Of a stretch of DNA of 64,000 nt, positions 48,796-55,901 are shown piece by piece. Below the pieces are notes generated by a model. That model was given only the letters and a program-made list of their open reading frames with translations. It had not been told where the DNA came from and did no database searches. This DNA is from Rhodothermales bacterium (lineage in GTDB: Bacteria; Bacteroidota; Rhodothermia; Rhodothermales; Bin80), in contig OY762508.1 of the NCBI GenBank assembly GCA_963665975.1, positions 3,357,456 through 3,421,455 on the forward strand. Direction: 5' to 3'. Both the position numbers and the translations under genes were made by a program. Numbering within the stretch: the first letter of the stretch is position 1; every line of letters starts with the position of its first letter.

Positions 48796-50352
48796 CTACT
48801 GTTTTAGCAGCGTCACGATCTGCGTCTGTAAATGAGAATCCCCAGAGGCTCTAATGAGGAAGCTGCCGCTTTGCAGGTGGTGTGCCGTAAAGCGCAGCGT
48901 GTGTTGTGGACCCGCCTCCAAGATGCCGTGGTGTAGCAGTGCGACCTCGCGCCCGAGCATATCGTACACGCGGACATCTACGGTCTGGGACACCGGAACG
49001 CGCAGCGTAATGGTGGTGACTGGATTGAACGGGTTGGGGTAAGCTGACGACAACACAAAGGCATCGGGAACTTCGGCATCCTGTTCACTGGCCGTGACAG
49101 TTCGCAGCCCTTCCGCGCGGATCACAAAAAGCCCCTCCGGATAGCTGTTGACGAGGATATGCCCGCTTGGAAGATACGGATACGCGGTCCAGGCACCGTC
49201 GAAATCAGTGGCATCGTCGACAGGATGTGTATCAAAGTAGGCTATTTCCACCGGGTTACTGATATCTCCGATATCCAGGATGCGCATGCCCTGCGCGTAA
49301 TTGGCCAAATAGACGTACTCGTCGAGGACGTACAGGTTGTGGTCAACCGCGTTGGTTGCCCCGATATACTCCCCGAACAGAACTGGGTCATCCAGCTGGG
49401 CGATATCCCAGATCAGCGTTGTGGTGCCGACGGTTGCACCAGATAACTCATCCAGTTCGTCATTCTGAATGTAGTACTTGTGGTCGGGGGTAACCCATCC
49501 CTGGTGCACATAGGCGGCGCCTGGATAGGTCGCGTACGCAACCGAGCTCGGCTGGCTTTTGTCGGTTACGTCAGCGATACTGATGCCATTTTCTCCCGCT
49601 GCCATGCAAATCTCCTTTCCTCTGTAATCCTCGTCAGGACCGTCGTACAGGAAGCACTGCGCATCATGGATATAACCCGCGAAACCACGGTTGCCGGTCT
49701 GTTGGTCGATGTAGCATCCAGCATACGTTGGAGCAGCAGGGTCGCGAATGTCCACGATGTGGATACCCCAAGGGCACATGTTGTTGTCACCGGGCGCACC
49801 CGTTACATACGCAAAGCCCGTGGCTTCATTGATGGCAACATTGTGAGCTTGGCCAAAGCCGTCATAGTGGTACGTCTCGTGGAACTCGCGCGCCATGGTC
49901 ATGGGCTCCAGTAGCTCCAGCAGGTTGAATACCTGCAGCCCGTTGGCATTGATGACGTCCACGGTTACGAACATATGGTCTTTGTAGACCTTGATGTCGC
50001 GCCACCAACTGGCGGACCCATCGTGCCCATGTGTCGCCATCCATCCCAGAAAGACTGGATTCTCCGGGTCTGTGACCTCTATGAAGGCAACGGCATTGCC
50101 CGTCCCGGCGAGAGCGAATTCGCGACCCGAGTCCTGGTGCGCCCAGCCCCAGACGTCATTAAGCTCGTCGGCGTTGGTGTACTCCTCCCGTGCAAGTTTA
50201 GACATCAGTGTGACGCTCTTGCAGGGGTAGCCGGCAGCCAATCCGTCAACGCACTCTACAGCGGAGTCGGTGATGGAATGGGATGCAAGCGGCTGCGATA
50301 TGGCTGGTGAAGCCGCAAGAAGGCAGATCAGGAATGGAAGGGAGCGTCGCAT
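48796..50352 (-). CDS. Secreted LVIVD-repeat (choice-of-anchor B-like) protein with a T9SS C-terminal sorting domain
   Basis: 518 aa with a signal peptide (LICLLAASPAISQP) and LVIVD-like repeats (GIHIVDIRDPAAP, GISIADVTDKSQP, GMRILDIGDISNP). The C-terminus SSAYPNPFNPVTTITLRVP...VRVYDMLGREVALL...GSFLIRASG is typical of Por/T9SS CTDs. Confidence 0.85.
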   Translation of the reverse strand: MRRSLPFLICLLAASPAISQPLASHSITDSAVECVDGLAAGYPCKSVTLMSKLAREEYTNADELNDVWGWAHQDSGREFALAGTGNAVAFIEVTDPENPVFLGWMATHGHDGSASWWRDIKVYKDHMFVTVDVINANGLQVFNLLELLEPMTMAREFHETYHYDGFGQAHNVAINEATGFAYVTGAPGDNNMCPWGIHIVDIRDPAAPTYAGCYIDQQTGNRGFAGYIHDAQCFLYDGPDEDYRGKEICMAAGENGISIADVTDKSQPSSVAYATYPGAAYVHQGWVTPDHKYYIQNDELDELSGATVGTTTLIWDIAQLDDPVLFGEYIGATNAVDHNLYVLDEYVYLANYAQGMRILDIGDISNPVEIAYFDTHPVDDATDFDGAWTAYPYLPSGHILVNSYPEGLFVIRAEGLRTVTASEQDAEVPDAFVLSSAYPNPFNPVTTITLRVPVSQTVDVRVYDMLGREVALLHHGILEAGPQHTLRFTAHHLQSGSFLIRASGDSHLQTQIVTLLKQ

Positions 50353-50532
50353 GGTGTGGTGGGCACCGCGAGCAATTGGAAATTAACCCAAAATATACAA
50401 GGAAAAATCATTTCTGAAAGCCTAGCATTAATAATACTGTATATTCATTTGGCCTTCTGTCAGTTTGCGCTCACTCGGTTGGTAGGCTCGCGGACAAGCC
50501 CCGAACGGGTGGTCTTGGGAGCCTGCGTTTGC

Positions 50533-50830
50533 TTAGAGCCCCGATACTCCTCCATGGCTACGTAGCGTTGCCCGCTGATTCATTTCTCGTGATACTCCAC
50601 CAGTTCTCAATAGACGCTCCGCCCAGACCTCGTTCGAAAAGATCCGGATTAGCCGCTCCCGACGACGAATCTCCTTGTTCAAGCACTCCACCACGGTTGT
50701 TGTGCTCAGACGCAGGCGATAGCAGTCAGGCAGCACCAACTTACTCAGCCACTAATCCCATTGATCAGAGCTTCCCTGACTCGAATGCACTGCTCGAGCT
50801 CTACGATCTCTCGGTCGACGAGTACGAAAA
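50533..50830 (-). pseudogene. C-terminal remnant of another IS256-family transposase
   Basis: ORF 50533-50739 (-) reads ...RLSTTTVVECLNKEIRRRERLIRIFSNEVWAERLL..., matching the TTNxIExLNxEIRRRTxVxxxFPNxxSxxRL tail of IS256 transposases. It is divergent from the copies at 1-1051 and 7433-7843. Confidence 0.55.
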
Positions 50831-50976
50831 CCACAACATGGCCGATTAGCACCCGAAGATTGTCGTGGAACTCGGCTCCGTGATGAAGGCGTCTCACAAT
50901 GTACGCCGGTATACCGATTCCATTGGGAGAAATAGGCTGGCAGAGCACGCACCATTCACGCACTGAAAAGGAACGT

Positions 50977-52380
50977 ATGAACCTGACTCGGAATCGGATT
51001 GCTGCTGTTTTGCCCCTGTGTCTGTTGCTTGTCGGCAGTGCTCACGAGGGTTCCATAACGGATAACCACGGCGATCCGGCAAAGCCCAACATCGTTTTGT
51101 TCTACATCGACGATCTTGGGTGGAAAGATGTTGGGTTCAATGGTAGTCTCTATTACGAAACGCCCAACATTGATCGGCTGGCAGACGAAGGGATTGTGTT
51201 TACCGATGCCTATGCCAATGCGCCGAACTGTGCGCCAAGCCGGGCCTCATTAATGACGGGGCAGTATACTCCGCGGCACAAAATCTATACAGTAGGTAGT
51301 TCGGCGCGAGGACGGGAAGAAAACCGCCGGATGATTCCAGTCCCGAATACGAAAACCCTGGCGCTCCACTACGTGACGCTTGCCGAGGCGCTGAGCAATG
51401 CGGGGTACACTACCGGGCACTTTGGCAAGTGGCACCTCGGCGACACCGGGTTTTCTCCCGAGGATCAGGGCTTCGACGTGAACATAGGCGGTTACCATAG
51501 TGGATCGCCGCGTGGTGGACACTTCTCGCCGTACAATAATCCCAAGCTCACTGACGGTCCGGACGGTGAATACCTTACAGATCGCCTGACAGATGAGGCC
51601 ATCAGGTTTCTTGATCAGAACAAAGAGAAGCCGTTCTTCTTGTATTTGGCGCACTACGCCGTACACACTCCGATCCAGGCCAAGGTGGACCTTAAGGCGA
51701 AGTACGATCACAAATCGCCAGATGGCGGACAGGACAACCCCACCTATGCTGCCATGATCGAGAGCACCGATCAGAGCGTGGGGCGCGTCCTGGATCGACT
51801 CGAGTCATTGGAAATGGCCCGCAATACGGTCGTGATCTTTTATTCCGACAACGGTGGCGCTGTCCAGGCTACCTCAAACGAGCCACTAAGGGGATACAAG
51901 GGGATGCTCTACGAGGGCGGTATCCGTGTGCCGTTGGCCATAAAATGGCCGGGAGAGATCATTCCAGGCCGCGTGAATGACACCCCGGTTATAGGCATCG
52001 ACCTGTATCCGACGCTGCTGGCGATAGCGGGCGCCGAGGCGCCCGCACACGTAATGGACGGAGTGAGCCTGATGCCGCTCCTTGCCGGAACGGGTGGGCT
52101 TACAGCACGAAATTTATACTGGCATTTTCCTGCATATCTGGAGGCGCCAAGGGGATTTCCCGGCCCGTGGCGCACTACTCCGGCGGGAGGAATACGGCGT
52201 GGAGAGTACAAACTGATCGAGTTTCTTGAGGATGGCATCCAGGAACTCTACGACCTGCGAAGCGACCCTGGAGAGGCAACCAATCTGGCCGACGAGATGC
52301 CGGATTTGGCGAAGGAATTGCACGGGATTCTGAGGAATTGGCGCGAAGAAGTCGGCGCCGATATGCCGACACCAAAATAA
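50977..52380 (+). CDS. Sulfatase (arylsulfatase family, formylglycine-dependent)
   Basis: From the ATG at 50977, with a signal peptide: PNIVLFYIDDLGWKD...APNCAPSRASLMTGQY (CxPxR motif)...GKWHLG. Confidence 0.92.
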   Translation: MNLTRNRIAAVLPLCLLLVGSAHEGSITDNHGDPAKPNIVLFYIDDLGWKDVGFNGSLYYETPNIDRLADEGIVFTDAYANAPNCAPSRASLMTGQYTPRHKIYTVGSSARGREENRRMIPVPNTKTLALHYVTLAEALSNAGYTTGHFGKWHLGDTGFSPEDQGFDVNIGGYHSGSPRGGHFSPYNNPKLTDGPDGEYLTDRLTDEAIRFLDQNKEKPFFLYLAHYAVHTPIQAKVDLKAKYDHKSPDGGQDNPTYAAMIESTDQSVGRVLDRLESLEMARNTVVIFYSDNGGAVQATSNEPLRGYKGMLYEGGIRVPLAIKWPGEIIPGRVNDTPVIGIDLYPTLLAIAGAEAPAHVMDGVSLMPLLAGTGGLTARNLYWHFPAYLEAPRGFPGPWRTTPAGGIRRGEYKLIEFLEDGIQELYDLRSDPGEATNLADEMPDLAKELHGILRNWREEVGADMPTPK

Positions 52381-52875
52381 AGTCTGCGGATAATTTGGGA
52401 CGCAACAGCACACGTGCCAACTTCATCAACGGTTTGCCACTGCAACACTGGTTTGGATCAGGCATGTTGTCCATGCTGTCAAATGCCACCCCAACACTGT
52501 TTCTTCGCGACCTTCATCGGCCCTCGCCATTTGTGCGTTAGAAGAGCTTGTTTCGGTTCACTTCGTCCAGATCCCTCATTGTCTCTCTCACCGGTACAGA
52601 GAAGACAACAAGAACCAAATCATTCACCATCAACCCCAAGAACTAAACGTCCGTGAAAACGGGGTAGCTTCATACAGACCAGACCGGCGGAGATAAGACA
52701 ACAATCGTTAGGTCCGCAGATCTTGAGGGCGGTTACGTCGGCGCCAGGCTCGGTTACTTCAAAACCGGCTGATTGGAAAGTCTACAGAGCCAGTTCGATT
52801 ACAAGTCTCCCGGACAGTCTGACCAGCCTGAGTCCCACATAGTCGCATCGAAAGACACGTTTGAGAATTTAGTCT

Positions 52876-52932
52876 AGCAGTGCTCACGCGGGTGCTAAAT
52901 TGAGCCAGGGCAGCAACAAGGCCACCCTGGTT
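52876..52932 (+). repeat. 57-nt dispersed repeat, copy 2
   Basis: agcagtgctcacgcgggtgctaaattgagccagggcagcaacaaggccaccctggtt is homologous to 47685-47741. A related core ggggtaacaaggcc also occurs at 1792-1805. Confidence 0.6.
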
Positions 52933-52955
52933 TCCGTAGGAGAACAGACCACACA

Positions 52956-54188
52956 ATGGTCACGATCATGAGAGGACGACGGACGCCATTCTGGGTTGGC
53001 GCAGGTCTGGTTGTCGTCGTGGTGGCTCTGTTCTCCAGGAGCGGAGGTATCGCCGTTAGCCGGATCGATGTTACGCGCACCGGATGGGACACACTCGCGG
53101 TAGAAGCATCATTTGTGAAGCAATCCATCATATTCGTGAGGCGCGATGTAGTCCCACGCGTGGTTTCAGTAACGGTGTACAGTGCTGGATTTGACGAACT
53201 CTATGTAGGTGATGGGCGCCGTATCGTAGTGCAGGACCAGGTGCTCGGCGATCTTGAACGACTGCTGATTGAAGTGTGCGCACACTACGATGGCGAGGAA
53301 GTCTGCGGGCAGGAAGCCGTGCTGGCATCTCCCAAGCGCATGCGTGTCGCGCACCGGATCTCCTATCCCGACAGCACCGACGTTGCACGCGGTCGCTATA
53401 GCTTGCGCTTCGTGTACGAGCGGCAGCGTTGGGAAGGGGAAACCTGGGAGCGGATACCACACCGGGGCCGGCTATATAGCCGCATGCGGGTGTATGTGCC
53501 GGGATACGATGAGGACGCTGTAGAGCTGGCAATCAATGGCGCTAGCGGACCTTTCAACCTGCGCAAGGCACCAGGATTCAACGATTTTCACTACCGGCTC
53601 GCAACCGCAATGCAGGACACCGTCCGTATAGCCGTGCAGTTTGATATATACGCTGGTTACAAGCCCGAAGCCACCCGCAGAGTTGCCTCCATCGCACATA
53701 GCGTAGAGGGTGTGTCAGGGGAAGCGCGCTGGCGCGAGGTTATCCGCCTGTCCGAACTGGCGGCGGCGACTCTTGTCGCCGCGCTAACGCCTGGTGGCGA
53801 GGTCGAAGTACAGCTCCCCGACACCATGCGCTGGGATTACAACCGCCTGACGAATACATACCGCATGGCGCTGATCCTCCGCTGGCGGGGGGCTCGATCG
53901 TCACGCATCAGGCACTATCTGATGGGCACGCTGCGTGTCGACGCAACGGATCACCATGCGCGGTTCACCCTGATGCGCGCCACGGGCGCGACCGCCAGGC
54001 TGTGGAATAGACGCATAGGGGAAAGCACGCTCGATCTTCCGTCGGTGCAATCCTATGGCCCGGCCGGCGAACAGGAGCAATTGCTGCGCTCGCGGTCGAA
54101 TCTATCGCGCCGTGGTCGAGCAACTGGAAGCGGACGGGCAGGCGCATCCGCACGCGTACAGGTTTCCCGCTCTGCTGGCCAGGAATAA
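52956..54188 (+). CDS. Hypothetical membrane-anchored protein, no recognisable domain
   Basis: 410-aa ORF with an N-terminal TM segment (FWVGAGLVVVVVALF) and balanced, protein-like composition until the last ~50 aa, which are Arg/Ser/Gly-rich. I recognise no motif. Confidence 0.55.
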   Translation: MVTIMRGRRTPFWVGAGLVVVVVALFSRSGGIAVSRIDVTRTGWDTLAVEASFVKQSIIFVRRDVVPRVVSVTVYSAGFDELYVGDGRRIVVQDQVLGDLERLLIEVCAHYDGEEVCGQEAVLASPKRMRVAHRISYPDSTDVARGRYSLRFVYERQRWEGETWERIPHRGRLYSRMRVYVPGYDEDAVELAINGASGPFNLRKAPGFNDFHYRLATAMQDTVRIAVQFDIYAGYKPEATRRVASIAHSVEGVSGEARWREVIRLSELAAATLVAALTPGGEVEVQLPDTMRWDYNRLTNTYRMALILRWRGARSSRIRHYLMGTLRVDATDHHARFTLMRATGATARLWNRRIGESTLDLPSVQSYGPAGEQEQLLRSRSNLSRRGRATGSGRAGASARVQVSRSAGQE

Positions 54189-54801
54189 AGGACGTGGCTC
54201 GCAGGGCCCTCACAGCTGCAGAGTCGCACAACGGATGCAGGGATTGCAAGACTTCAATTCTGCTGGTGGATCCGTCGGATTCCACGATGAAACCTAAGAT
54301 CAGCCGTCCTTCGATGCCTTCCAGCCGGGCTTTCTCCGGATATTCGATGTGTATGTAGTAGGCTCCAATGCCTCCCGCTATATCAGGCATGTGCTCGACA
54401 AAGTCCAGAACGGGAATACCCCTGAGATCCTCCGGGCGCTCTGCAGGGTCGAGAGTCGTCTTCGCGTCGTCCGGATCATCCTCGTGTTGCTGCTTTTCGT
54501 CTGCTGATTCGCCAATGTCTATCTGTACTGCCCCAGTGCTTTGCACGGTTACGGGGGCCCCGGCAACAGCAGCATGTCGGCGGATATCGAACAGACCCAC
54601 TGCAGGTTGATTGGAATGGTCATGGTGTCTCCACCCGGAGTATTCCTCGGGTGTGCTGAACGGCAGATGGATTAGCGCGCCAACCGTAAGGATGCTGCAT
54701 ATCAACGCCACCATCATCCGCACGGAATAGGAGGCCAAAACGCCGGTCTGTTGATAGGATGGACCCACGTGCACGCTGTGTTGTTCACAGGTTTCTATCA
54801 T
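53965..54801 (-). CDS. TonB-like energy transducer (C-terminal TonB domain)
   Basis: I chose the start at the ATG at 54801 (MIETCEQ...), which avoids overlap with the divergent gene. It has a TM segment (MMVALICSILTVGALIHL), an acidic linker and a TonB-C region: PEKARLEGIEGRLILGFIVESDGSTSRIEVLQS...AAVRALRATSFIPGQQSGKPVRVRMRLPVRF. Confidence 0.75.
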   Translation of the reverse strand: MIETCEQHSVHVGPSYQQTGVLASYSVRMMVALICSILTVGALIHLPFSTPEEYSGWRHHDHSNQPAVGLFDIRRHAAVAGAPVTVQSTGAVQIDIGESADEKQQHEDDPDDAKTTLDPAERPEDLRGIPVLDFVEHMPDIAGGIGAYYIHIEYPEKARLEGIEGRLILGFIVESDGSTSRIEVLQSLHPLCDSAAVRALRATSFIPGQQSGKPVRVRMRLPVRFQLLDHGAIDSTASAAIAPVRRPGHRIAPTEDRACFPLCVYSTAWRSRPWRASG

Positions 54802-54838
54802 AGACGGATTAACTGCATAAAGTTGCAAGTGCCTCGCC

Positions 54839-55849
54839 ATGATTGATGCCCTTGTCCTTGAGTCCACAGGTGAAACCGTGCAGGCGACTGTTCGCGCCCT
54901 GCGAATCGAGGATCTGCCACAGCAACCAGTGCGCATCCAGGTTCTCTACAGCAGTATCAACTACAAGGATGCGCTGGCCGTAACCGGACGCGGAAAGGTG
55001 ATCCGTGCGCCTTATCCGTTCGTGCCCGGTATTGATCTCGCAGGACGCGTGGTTGAGTCTCACACTCCTGATTTTGCACCGGGGGACCTGGTCATACAGA
55101 CCGGCGGAGGGCTCGGCGAGAAGGCCTGGGGCGGCTATTCTCAGGAACAGCGCGTGTCTCCGCAATGGCTGTTGCCGTTGCCGGAGGGACTTACACCGCT
55201 ACGCAGTATGGTGATAGGAACGGCCGGCCTTACAGCCATGCTTTCCGTTATTGCGCTGGAGGCGCAGGGTCTTACTCCAGACAGCGGGGAGGTGATCGTT
55301 ACCGGTGCCTCTGGAGGCGTGGGAAGTTTCGCCGTCGCCATCCTCGCATGTCAGGGCTATACGGTCGCCGCCTCCACCGGCAGCATCGCTGCTCACCAGT
55401 ACCTGCGTGATCTCGGCGCAGCGCAAATCAGAGACCGCGCTGAACTGGCTGGTGGGCCGACACGGCCCTTGGAAACCGGCCAATGGGCGGGTGCTATTGA
55501 TACAGTGGGCGGGGCGACACTCGCGGCCATCCTTACCAGGCTCGACCGGCGTGGCAGTGTGGCGGCCTGCGGAAACGCGGGTGGCATTCGCTTTGAAACG
55601 ACGGTATTTCCGTTCATATTGCGCGGGGTAAGTCTTCTGGGGATCGATTCAAATACCGCGCCCATGCCGCTGCGACAAAAAGCATGGGAACGATTGAGCG
55701 ACGAGCGCTTGCAGGATGTGACCGATCGCATCCTGTCTGGCATCCTGGCACTGGATGCCTTGCCCGGCGCGGCGCAACGCATGATGGCCGGCAGTGTGAC
55801 GGGGCGCCTCGTCGTCGATGTGCAGTCTGTGCGAGGAGCGGGCACGTAA
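54839..55849 (+). CDS. NADPH:quinone oxidoreductase, YhdH/AcuI-like MDR family
   Basis: 336 aa: ...VLYSSINYKDALAVTGRGKVIRAPYPFVPGIDLAGRVV...VTGASGGVGSFAVAIL. Confidence 0.88.
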   Translation: MIDALVLESTGETVQATVRALRIEDLPQQPVRIQVLYSSINYKDALAVTGRGKVIRAPYPFVPGIDLAGRVVESHTPDFAPGDLVIQTGGGLGEKAWGGYSQEQRVSPQWLLPLPEGLTPLRSMVIGTAGLTAMLSVIALEAQGLTPDSGEVIVTGASGGVGSFAVAILACQGYTVAASTGSIAAHQYLRDLGAAQIRDRAELAGGPTRPLETGQWAGAIDTVGGATLAAILTRLDRRGSVAACGNAGGIRFETTVFPFILRGVSLLGIDSNTAPMPLRQKAWERLSDERLQDVTDRILSGILALDALPGAAQRMMAGSVTGRLVVDVQSVRGAGT

Positions 55850-55901
55850 CTGTCGTCTGCCACGCCTGGAGCATGCCGGCAGCGCGCGGATCGACCCGTG
55901 A

